64,000 nucleotides of DNA from an uncultured Planctomycetaceae bacterium. Lineage in GTDB: Bacteria > Planctomycetota > Planctomycetia > Pirellulales > PALSA-1355. The first letter of the stretch is position 1. Each line of letters begins with the position of its first letter. The stretch is from the NCBI GenBank assembly GCA_963785305.1, contig CAWAUV010000008.1, positions 1,152,001 to 1,216,000 of the forward strand. Reading direction: 5' to 3'. The notes beneath the pieces are model-generated. The model made no database searches. It had not been told where the DNA came from and was given only the letters and a program-made list of their open reading frames with translations. Made by a program: the position numbers and the translations under genes. Shown here in pieces: positions 55,623-64,000 of this stretch.

Positions 55623-58363
55623 TGGCCGGGTGGAGTGGCGCTCGTCGCGGGCCCCGGTCCAAGCTCGCGCGGCGATCGCGAGCGCGAACTGTTTGCTTCC
55701 CGCTCGCGCTCGGCGCGGTGGCGATTGTTCTCGGGCTCGCGCCCGGCGATCCCTGCCGCGCTGAAGAACCGGCCGCGGCCGCGTCGGTCGCGGGCGCTTC
55801 CGCCGAGAAGCCCGGCGCCGATGCGCCGACCCGCGCTTTTTTCGCCGCCCACTGCATCGATTGCCATGATGGACAAACTCACGAAGGCGGCTTGGACCTG
55901 ACGACATTCTCGCCCGACTTTTCGAGCGACGATCTCTTTGCCCGCGGCGTGAGGATTCACGATCGCCTGGCTCGCGGTGAAATGCCGCCTGCCAAGGCGC
56001 CGCGTCCGCCGGCGGTCGATGTCGCGAAAGCGGTCGCGTGGTTCAAGCAGTCGCTCCTCGACGCCGAACGCTCGCGGCCCACGGCGCTCGCTGGCGCGCC
56101 CTTGCGCCGACTGACCCGCGGCGAGTACCAAAACACGGTTCGCGATCTGTTCGACATGCCGGGCATCGCGCTCGAAGCGCTTTTGCCGGCCGATGGTTCG
56201 GCCCATGGCTTCGACACCAACGGCGACGCGCTCGATATTTCGCATGTGAACATGGCGAAGTTCATCGAGGCCGCCGACCACGCGCTCGATTTGGCGATCG
56301 CCGTCCGGCCCGAGCCGCCCACCGTCATTAGGCAGCGGATCTCGTTGGCCAAGCACGTGGGCCATATTCTCGGCAATGGCGACGCGGTGCTGCTCCGCGA
56401 TATGCGGCCCGACCCGGAATATCCGCCGGCCGGCGAAGTGAGCCATCTGTCGCAGGGCGCGCATGAACGGATGCGTTCCTTCGATCGCGGCAGCAGCGTG
56501 GGCGTGTTTCGCCATGAAGATGAGTCGTTCAATCCCTACTTTCAGGATTTCGCGACGTTGTATCCCGGCCGCTACCGGGTGCGCGCGTCGTTTTGGAGTT
56601 TTCAGTGGTATCGCGGCAAGGTGCTGCCGGCGCGGGGCGTCGAGGCGGCTCGGCTCTCGGCGGTGCAGTTGGGCAACGATGGCCGGGGCGGCGGCCACCC
56701 GAGCTATGTGCTCGGCTATTTCGATGCTCCGTCGCTCGAGCCGCGAGTGCATGAATTCACCGTCTGGTTGAACTACAAGGAGACGATCGGCTTCAATACC
56801 GCCTCGCTCGCGCCCACGGCCAACTACAACCGCAAGGGACGCGCCATGGGCTTCACCGGTCCGGGCATTGCCTGCGATTGGCTCGAAGTCGAGGGCCCGC
56901 TCCATGACCAATGGCCTCCGGCGGCGCACCGGCTTCTTTTCGGCGAGTTGTCCCCGCGAGAATTCGTGGCGAAGGATTCTCCGGGAGTCCGCCCGCCGCC
57001 GCGCAAGCTTTTGAAACAAGAGATCGTGCATGTGCTGAATCGGCCCGATAAAGTCGCGGGCATCTATACGGTGACGAGCGAGCATCCGGCCGACGACGCC
57101 GATCGTTTGCTGGCGAGCTTTCTGCCGAAGGCGTTTCGCCGCCCGGTCGACGACGCCACGCGCCACGCCTACGTCGCCAAAGTCGAGGAGCGGCTGGCGA
57201 GCGGCGATTGCTTCGAAAGCGCCCTGCGGTGGGCCTACCGCGCGGCGCTCTGCTCGCCCGATTTTCTCTATCATGTCGAGCCCGAGGGCAAGCTCGATGA
57301 TTATGCGCTCGCGGCGCGACTTTCGTATTTTCTGTGGCGCTCGGCGCCCGACGCCAAGCTGACGGAATTGGCGGCCTCCGGAAAATTACGCGCGCCGGGC
57401 GTGCTCGATTCCCAGGTCGAACGCTTGCTGGCCGACAAGAAGAGCGATCGGTTCGTCGAGGATTTTCTCGGCCAGTGGCTCAAGCTCCGGCAAATCGCGG
57501 CGACGGATCCCGACCGCAAACTCTATCCCGAGTTCAGCCCGTATTTGCAAGACTCGATGGTGGCCGAAACTCGGGCCTACTTTCGCGAGATGCTCGAGCG
57601 CGACCTCGGCGCCCGTTATCTGGTTCGCTCCGACTTCGCGATGCTGAACGAGCGCTTGGCGGCGCACTACGGCATTGCCGGAGTGAGCGGGCCGGGGATT
57701 CGCCGGGTGGCCCTCCCGGCCGGCTGCCCGCGCGGTGGCTTTCTGACGCAAGCATCGCTTCTCAAGCTCACGGCCAATGGCACGACCACGTCGCCCGTGC
57801 CGCGCGGAGCGTTTGTCGTGGCTCGCTTGTTGGGCCAGCCGCCCGATCCGCCGCCGCCGAACATTCCCGCGATCGAGCCGGATGTGCGCGGGGCGAAAAC
57901 CATTCGCGAGCAGCTTGATAAACATCGCGCCGACGCCACCTGCGCATCCTGCCACGCGAAGATCGATCCGGCCGGCTTCGCGCTCGAAGCGTTCGACGTG
58001 ATCGGCGGCGAGCGGAATCGCTATCGCTCGATCGGCGAAGGCGACCCGGCGCCGCGCGGCGCGATCGATCCCGCGATCGGCATTTCGTTCAAACTCGGAC
58101 CCGCGGTCGACCCGAGCGGCGAATTGCCCGATGGCCGCCATTTTTCGAACGTCGCGGAGTTGCAATCGCTCCTGGCCGCCGACGAGCGCGGGCTGCTCGC
58201 CAACCTGGCTCGCCAACTCACGATCTACGGCATCGGCCGCGATCCACGATTTGCCGATCGCGAAGCGCTCGATGCCCTCGTGGGGCGCACGCTTGACCAG
58301 GGCGGCGGCCTGCGAACCCTCGTGCATGAACTGGTGCGTAGCGATCTATTTGGCGCGAAATGA
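55622..58363 (+). CDS. DUF1592/DUF1588/DUF1587/DUF1585-type protein with planctomycete cytochrome c domain
   Basis: TGATG overlap with DUF1552; CIDCH..GEMPP, LRRLTRGEYQNTVRDL, SPDFLY, LAARLSYFLW..PD, TSPVPRG, CASCH..IDPAGFALE. Confidence 0.9.
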   Translation: MAGWSGARRGPRSKLARRSRARTVCFPLALGAVAIVLGLAPGDPCRAEEPAAAASVAGASAEKPGADAPTRAFFAAHCIDCHDGQTHEGGLDLTTFSPDFSSDDLFARGVRIHDRLARGEMPPAKAPRPPAVDVAKAVAWFKQSLLDAERSRPTALAGAPLRRLTRGEYQNTVRDLFDMPGIALEALLPADGSAHGFDTNGDALDISHVNMAKFIEAADHALDLAIAVRPEPPTVIRQRISLAKHVGHILGNGDAVLLRDMRPDPEYPPAGEVSHLSQGAHERMRSFDRGSSVGVFRHEDESFNPYFQDFATLYPGRYRVRASFWSFQWYRGKVLPARGVEAARLSAVQLGNDGRGGGHPSYVLGYFDAPSLEPRVHEFTVWLNYKETIGFNTASLAPTANYNRKGRAMGFTGPGIACDWLEVEGPLHDQWPPAAHRLLFGELSPREFVAKDSPGVRPPPRKLLKQEIVHVLNRPDKVAGIYTVTSEHPADDADRLLASFLPKAFRRPVDDATRHAYVAKVEERLASGDCFESALRWAYRAALCSPDFLYHVEPEGKLDDYALAARLSYFLWRSAPDAKLTELAASGKLRAPGVLDSQVERLLADKKSDRFVEDFLGQWLKLRQIAATDPDRKLYPEFSPYLQDSMVAETRAYFREMLERDLGARYLVRSDFAMLNERLAAHYGIAGVSGPGIRRVALPAGCPRGGFLTQASLLKLTANGTTTSPVPRGAFVVARLLGQPPDPPPPNIPAIEPDVRGAKTIREQLDKHRADATCASCHAKIDPAGFALEAFDVIGGERNRYRSIGEGDPAPRGAIDPAIGISFKLGPAVDPSGELPDGRHFSNVAELQSLLAADERGLLANLARQLTIYGIGRDPRFADREALDALVGRTLDQGGGLRTLVHELVRSDLFGAK

Positions 58364-58375
58364 AATCGAGTACCG

Positions 58376-59059
58376 ATGGTGACCATGCTTGTAAAATGCT
58401 TTCAATATCGATCGATTGTCATGGGGCTCGCCGCGCGGCGGCGCCGGGCGGAGCGCGTCGCTTTTGCGATCGCGGCGCTGGTGTTCTTTCAAATGTCGCC
58501 GCACGCGATTTGCGCTTGGGCAGACGAGCCTCCGGCCGACGCCTCGTCCGAATCGCAACCGCCGCGGTTCACCTATCGCGTCACCGGCTTATTCTGCCCC
58601 GAACGCATCAAGGATTTTCGCCGAGCCGTCGCCGAGCTGCCGGGCCTGGAGCTGGTTTCGCTCGACGGAGATCGCGCGATCGCGATCTTCGCCTTCGACC
58701 CAAACAAGCTCTTCGATCATCTGAAGCCGCATGATTACACCGAGCGGCTCTCGAATCGACTGAAGAACGTTTCCATGCATACCTTCGGCGTGCTCGACCT
58801 CTTGCCGACCGAGCCCGAGAAACTCGAACGCGTCGAGATCGCGATCATTTCGCTCGACTGCAAAGCCTGTGGGCTCGGGGTGTACGAAACGATCTACAAG
58901 CTCGATGGGCTCGATCACGCGACTGTCGATTATAAAGCCGGGAAGGTCGTGGCCTGGATCGATCCGCGAAAGATCGATCGCGCCGCGGTCGAGGCCGCGC
59001 TCGTCAAGGGGCAAGTGCGGCTCGCGACCCCGCCGGAGAAGAGCGGCGAGTCGAAGTGA
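58376..59059 (+). CDS. Exported protein with two heavy-metal-associated (HMA-like) domains; start uncertain
   Basis: Hydrophobic leader; YRVTGLFCPER (single Cys) and IISLDCKACG (CxxC) in ferredoxin-like patterns. Confidence 0.75.
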   Translation: MVTMLVKCFQYRSIVMGLAARRRRAERVAFAIAALVFFQMSPHAICAWADEPPADASSESQPPRFTYRVTGLFCPERIKDFRRAVAELPGLELVSLDGDRAIAIFAFDPNKLFDHLKPHDYTERLSNRLKNVSMHTFGVLDLLPTEPEKLERVEIAIISLDCKACGLGVYETIYKLDGLDHATVDYKAGKVVAWIDPRKIDRAAVEAALVKGQVRLATPPEKSGESK

Positions 59060-59111
59060 GCGAAGAAGCCGCGTCGATGTGGCGATTGCAATGCGCGGCG
59101 TTCGCCGGCCC

Positions 59112-61995
59112 TCAAATCCACCAGGCTTCCAGTTCGATCCATTCGTGCGCCGTGTATTCCACGAGCACCGTGTCGCCTTGCACCGAGATTTCGCCCAGGG
59201 TTTCGCCCAAGAAGTTGATTCGCCGGGCCATCGCCAGATTCCACGGAGTGCGCAGCTCGCAGCGTCCCGCGCGACCGCCCGCTTCCAGCAGTCGCACACG
59301 AAAGCCGAACGGCCGCCCGGCGATGCTTGGAGCCTCAATAGCGTTTGCCATTTCGCCCGCCGCGCTCGACGCCGGGTGATGGATCGGCGCCCAGTGCGTG
59401 GCCACCAGGCCGCGCATGTCGAGATGAAACAGCCAACCGGCCGGTGTCGCCAGCGGAGTGTCGAGCGGGGCGATCGCCAATGGCGGCCGAACGATCTCGA
59501 GCGCCGCGGTGGCCGGATGCCCGATGTCGAGACCGATGCCCATCACGAAGCGCCGCGCCACTTCGCCGCGCACGATCAAAAGCGTGTCGATCGCGCGCAT
59601 GCCGACGCGGCGGTGATAGGCAAGGCCGCCGGCGAGCAGCGAGACCCTGCCGGCCGCGTCTTCGATGTCGAGATATTCCGGCGCTTCCAGCCGCTGAGCT
59701 TCCGTCGGCTGCCGTCCAAGCTGCACTCCGCGATAGATCGTCGCTCCCGCATCGCTCCAAGCGAGCCGCGTGGCGTAGTACGAGTTCCACGGGTCGGCGC
59801 GGAGTGTCTCGGCCGGGTCGAGTTCGATTTCAACTCGCGCCACGTTGCCGTCGCGTCGCAGCCGCACCCGCTGGGTGAAGCCGGCGAGGCGGCGCTCGCT
59901 CGCGTCGACAAGTCGCCCGCGGCTCACGATCTCGCCCAAGTCGGGCCCGTGGTTGATCGCTTCGATGGCGTCGGCGACCATCGTGGCGTAGATGGCGGTT
60001 TCGTCGGGATCTCGCCAAGGTTCGCCCGGCGCCGGAGGCTCGCCCGGCATGCGGAGCGAGAGCCGCTGGCTGACCCGATTCAGGCGGGTTTTGAAATCAT
60101 GGATCGAATGAATGCCGCCGCTCTTGGGGTTGATTGTAACGAGCATTCGCTCGCCGGCGAGCGTGTTGTCGTTCGCGACCGGCTTGGCGCAGTTTGCCGG
60201 CCGGCGCGTTGTTCACGGCGGCGGAAGCGAGCGCGTAGCCGAGCGCGGGAACGACCACCGATTGCGCGCTCGCTAAGTGTTCGGACCGGCTCGACGAACC
60301 TTCGGCCAGCGCGATCTCGAGGGGACTGATGGTCACGGCGAAACCGTGTGGATTGACGAGCACTGTGCCCGGGCTGGCCGTCTCGGGCGGCGCTTGCGCC
60401 GCGCTGTTTGGGCGAGCCGCTCGCGGCAGCGCGACCGCGATGCGTTCGAGCGCTGCTTGCAGCATCGCGGCAGGCGCGGATTCGCTGGCGGAAGTTTCGC
60501 GCACCATGGGTTCGGCCGCCGTTGGGTTGCTTGTCGCGTTCATCGGCGCCGCGGCCGGGCACATCAATTCGGCCAGTAGCGAGATCGCCGCGGCGGCGGC
60601 CCGATCGGCCTCTTCACGCTGGAGGCGCAGCATAGCGCGAGATCGGGTCGGGCTCGCGGCGGATTACGGCTTGCACGAGATAAGGGCAGCGATATTCATC
60701 GACGCCAAACGGCGCATACACGAGCGGCAGCGCGGTTTCTTGAAAATACGCATCGAGCCGCGCGAAGGTTCCCAGCGCCGGCGAATAGTTGGCCGCGCGA
60801 CGCAGATCGTCGCGCCAGGGCGAAGCCAAGCCGGGCCAATGGGCGAAGCTGAGCGTGGCGACATGATCGGCGTCGATCGAATCGGCCAACTTGCGCGACA
60901 GTTCGAGAAACGTGCCCGGCTCGGCGGCGTCGCTCGGCACATGGGCCAGGGCGTCAATCACGCTGCCATCGACGCCTTCCCAGCGAATCTTGCTTTCGCG
61001 TCCCAGTGGAAACCGGCCATCGTCGAACGTGGCATGCAAAGCGCCGCCGAAGCCAAGCTTGGTGAGCAGTTGCGGCAGAACCGGCGACAGGCCATAGCGG
61101 CGGCGGCCATGGACGGTTGGCGCGTGGCCGAGCAGTTGCAAGAAATCGGCGCACCGCGCTTGAGCGAGCGGAGCACGGCTTCGATCGGCGCGAGTGGCAG
61201 GTCGACGCGTTCGCAATCGCCGCCTACAAGCCCCGCGGCGCCCGAAGCCACCGCGGCGCTCAAAGCAGCGAGCGAGGCCGGTTGCAGTCGGGCGATCTCG
61301 CCCAGCAGTTCGGCGCCAAGCAGCACATTGGTCGTCACCCCGCTCGCCAGTTCGCGGCGGAGCGATTCGCCCAGTGTGGTGTCGGCCACGAGCGTGAGAT
61401 CGATCAGGAAAATGTCCACCGGATAATGTTGCTTGCGCGATTCATAAAGCGCCATGAAGCAGCGGCCCAGCTCGATGCGGGCTCGCCCGCCATCGCCGGC
61501 AAGCGCGGCCACCGCGCCGGCGGTGGCGCATTGGTCGAAGTGCGAGTCGTCGAGATAAGCGGCCGTGTGGCGATGCCGGGCCAACAGTTCGATTTGCAAT
61601 CGAGCAAAGCCGAGCGCGAGAAAATCGGCCGCCAAATCGTCGTCGAGCCCCGGCGGCGAGCCGCCCACGGCTTCGACCGCGGCGGCGACGAGCTCCGCGC
61701 GATTCTTGAAGCGGCGGAGAAAGGGCGCCCCGTTGTTCTTGCAGCGTTCGACGAACCCGATCGGCAATCGATCTTGCCCCACGCTGGGCGCCGCGATCAC
61801 GCGCGAGCGGACTTCAGCCGGCGGCGTGTCCATGCGATACCAGCGCGGCGTGGAATCGGCGGCGGCGATGAGCGCCGGATGCCAGAGCCCGCTCCAGGCC
61901 GCGAGCAGGCTTTCCGCCTCGGCGCCGCGATGATGGAGCGGAAAATCCTCGAGCCCATGGCAGGGGAGCAAGACGACGAGTTCGGCGAGTTTCAT
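59112..61995 (-). CDS. Large conserved hypothetical protein, possibly GH38/alpha-mannosidase-like fold; three apparent frameshifts
   Basis: MKLAELVVLLPCHGLEDFP, LWHPALI, IRWEGVDGSVIDA, LVNPHGF, INPKSGGI.SI, DPWNSYY, INFLGE. Stitched from frames 60958, 60614, 60097, 59112. Confidence 0.65.
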
Positions 61996-62203
61996 GGGGA
62001 TTTCTTGGCGAGCGAACAGAGACACGGCGGCCCAGGAGCGGGCATTTCGGGGCAAATGGCAGGCGCCTCGCCGAGCGCCGGCCAGACAAGCTTCACGATA
62101 ATCGCTCGGTCCGGCAGCGTCGAGCGGTTGAACATCGCCCGGCTGCTCAATCTAATCAAGGCTGTCGCCAGTTCGCCGACCGAATTGTTTTTTCCCTGGG
62201 AGC

Positions 62204-62488
62204 ATGCCGATGAGCGGTTCCGATATTCGCCCCCCATTTACCCTTGAAACCGCGACACTCAAGGCCCGTCTGGCGGAAGACGCCTGGAACTCACGCGATC
62301 CCGAGCGGGTCGCATTGGCCTACACGGTCGATTCGCGCTGGCGCAATCGGAGCGAATTCCTGACCGGTCGCGACGCGATCATCGCCTTCCTGCGGCGCAA
62401 GTGGGCCACGGAGTTGGATTATCGGCTCGCTAAACAGGTTTGGGGATGTCGAGAAAACCGCATTGCGGTGCGATTTCAATACGAATTC
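62204..62488 (+). pseudogene. DUF1348 / SnoaL-NTF2-like gene, 5' part, interrupted by IS66
   Basis: [52 protein letters not shown], then family similarity stops at GTAAC. Confidence 0.88.
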
Positions 62489-64000
62489 GTAACTGTTAAG
62501 CATTTCCTCTTTCCCGAAATTGGGTTTTCGGTCACATTGATTGGATCATGGATGATCGAGATCGACGGATCGCCGAGTTGGAAGCGGAAATCGCCCGGTT
62601 GCTGGCGGAGAATATCACGCTGCGCAAGCGCGTCGAGCAACTCGAACAGCAAGTCCAAAAGTTTTTGCAGCGGCGCAAGAAAACCCGCTCGGCCAGCGAT
62701 GCGCGGCGTGGCGAACAGGATCGCCGCCGCAAGCAGTTTCGCAAACATCCGGGCAGCTTTCGTCCAGAGCCGCCGCCCGGCACGGTATTCATCGAACACG
62801 ATGTGCATCCGCGAGAGTGTCCGCATTGCGGCGGCCACGATCTGACCGCCACGGCGAGTTCGAAGACCATGAGATGGCGGAGATTCCAGAGCCCAAGCTC
62901 GAATGGCATCGGTATCGCCGTCATACCTACCGTTGCGAACATTGCCAAGCCACCTGCCAAGGACGCGGCGACTTGGAACTGCCCGGCGCCCACATCGGGC
63001 CACGCGCGCAGCTTGTTGGTCTGCTACGCGCGGGTTCACCTGGGCATCTCGCTCGGCAAAACGCAACACTTGCTGAAAGACTTCTTTGGTCTTTCGGCCA
63101 GCCGGGCCGGATTGCTCGGCCATTTGCGTTGGGGCGGCACTTTGTTCGAGCCGGTGGTCGACAAACTCTGGGAACTCTTGCGCAATTCGCCGGTCGTGCA
63201 AGGCGATGAGACCGGTTGGCGGATCGACGGACTGCCCGCGTGGGCCTGGTGTTTTCGCGACCCGCGCTTGGCATTGTTCCTGATCGATCGTCATCGCAAT
63301 CGGGCCGTGCTCGAGCGAGCGTTGGGCACATCGTTCGCGGGCACGCTGGTCAGCGATTTTTATGCGGTCTACAACGGGCTCGACTGCCGCAAACAGCGCT
63401 GCTTGGTCCATTTGCTTCGCGAGTTGCACAAGCTGCGCGAGACGTTGCCGGCGGCGAGCGCGCGGGCCTTCATCCAGCCGTTGATCACGCTGTTTCAAGA
63501 CGCGATCCGGTTGGGCCACGAGCGCAAGTCGCTCGGCAAAAAAGCTTTCAACGCGGCCCGACACGAGATTCAAGACCGTTTCGACACCTTGATGCTCGAG
63601 ACGCGCGTGCGGCATCGCGAATGTTTGCGAATCTGGCGGCGGCTGTTCAAGCACTCGGACGAATTGTTCACCTTTCTCGACGATGCGAATGTTCCGGCCG
63701 ACAACAACGGAACCGAACGCGACATCCGAAGCCTGGCGGCGGCGAGGAATGATGGCGGCACGCATCGGACCGAATGGAGCGCGGCGGCGTTCGCCCGAAT
63801 CAAGAGCGTGATCGCGACCGGCGCGAAAAACGGTTTGAGCTTCGCAAGGTATGGAATCGAAGTCGTGCGCACTAAATTGCAAGGCAAGACCCTGCCGCTG
63901 CCGATCACCAATAGCAGTTAAACCATCCGCCACGCGACCCATCCCCGGAAACCCCTCGCCCGCGATCCCCGCCAATATCGCCACCGCCCCCCCGCACCAG
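62489..64000 (+). mobile_element. IS66-family element, single-ORF type; right end outside window
   Basis: Starts GTAACTGTTAAG (GTAA is the IS66 terminus) exactly where DUF1348 similarity ends; no tnpA/tnpB before the transposase. Confidence 0.85.
62548..63921 (+). CDS. IS66 transposase (TnpC), compensating frameshifts near 62853 and 63010
   Basis: Leucine zipper, CPHCG..CEHC (second half in the 62817 frame), [35 protein letters not shown]. Confidence 0.92.
   Translation: MDDRDRRIAELEAEIARLLAENITLRKRVEQLEQQVQKFLQRRKKTRSASDARRGEQDRRRKQFRKHPGSFRPEPPPGTVFIEHDVHPRECPHCGGHDLTATASSKTMRWRRFQSPSSNGIGIAVIPTVANIAKPPAKDAATWNCPAPTSGHARSLLVCYARVHLGISLGKTQHLLKDFFGLSASRAGLLGHLRWGGTLFEPVVDKLWELLRNSPVVQGDETGWRIDGLPAWAWCFRDPRLALFLIDRHRNRAVLERALGTSFAGTLVSDFYAVYNGLDCRKQRCLVHLLRELHKLRETLPAASARAFIQPLITLFQDAIRLGHERKSLGKKAFNAARHEIQDRFDTLMLETRVRHRECLRIWRRLFKHSDELFTFLDDANVPADNNGTERDIRSLAAARNDGGTHRTEWSAAAFARIKSVIATGAKNGLSFARYGIEVVRTKLQGKTLPLPITNSS

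Noticed and set aside
54092..58363. 1423-aa DUF1552-DUF1592 fusion in the ORF track
   Set aside because: Artefact of the 55147 frameshift; the true DUF1552 C-terminus is in the 55143 frame and ends in a TGATG overlap.
4045..63921. Mass pseudogenisation / genome decay
   Set aside because: Shifts hit essential genes (accC, lgt) as isolated 1-2 nt indels with intact motifs and no nonsense decay, which is typical of uncorrected long-read consensus.
63912..63921. TAGCAGTTAA as the IS66 right inverted repeat
   Set aside because: Only 8/10 match, lacks the terminal C, and is not followed by ACGAATTC or the rest of DUF1348.

Overview
High-GC bacterial chromosomal segment, very probably from a planctomycete (Pirellulales-like). 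The evidence is the LEPLEQRQMLA giant-protein leader, a TPR/alpha-CTD protein, an ECF-Ser/Thr kinase pair, DUF1552/DUF1592 cytochrome-domain genes and BBP7-like barrels. The backbone is housekeeping and lineage-typical: ppk1, tgt, PPi-type pfk, accB/accC, larB, nnrD, lgt, panC, tal, cstA. About 25 single- or double-base frameshifts hit even essential genes, so they are best read as long-read consensus errors rather than pseudogenes; many sit on GCWGC sites. The main accessory element is a lower-GC island (about 14.8-21.0 kb) carrying a divergent Hachiman-like pair. Its PD-(D/E)XK nuclease gene is invisible in the ORF track because a complete 1444-bp ISL3 element (14-bp perfect terminal IRs, 8-bp AGTTTCTT target duplication) splits it. 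Removing the IS restores a 239-aa ORF that overlaps (ATGA) a 1018-aa Ski2-like helicase. Two further ISL3 left-end relics and a 114-bp palindrome lie next to it. Other notable items: an orphan Dam-family methylase overlapping pfk, a TPR protein with two RNA polymerase alpha-CTD copies, a roughly 2570-aa modular surface protein, a ketosynthase with Cys->Glu at the active site, an ECF/kinase/EF-hand module with long Pro/Gly disordered regions, and an IS66 interrupting a DUF1348 gene at the right edge. No CRISPR array, tRNA or rRNA was recognised. All family assignments are from motif recognition by eye, not database searches.
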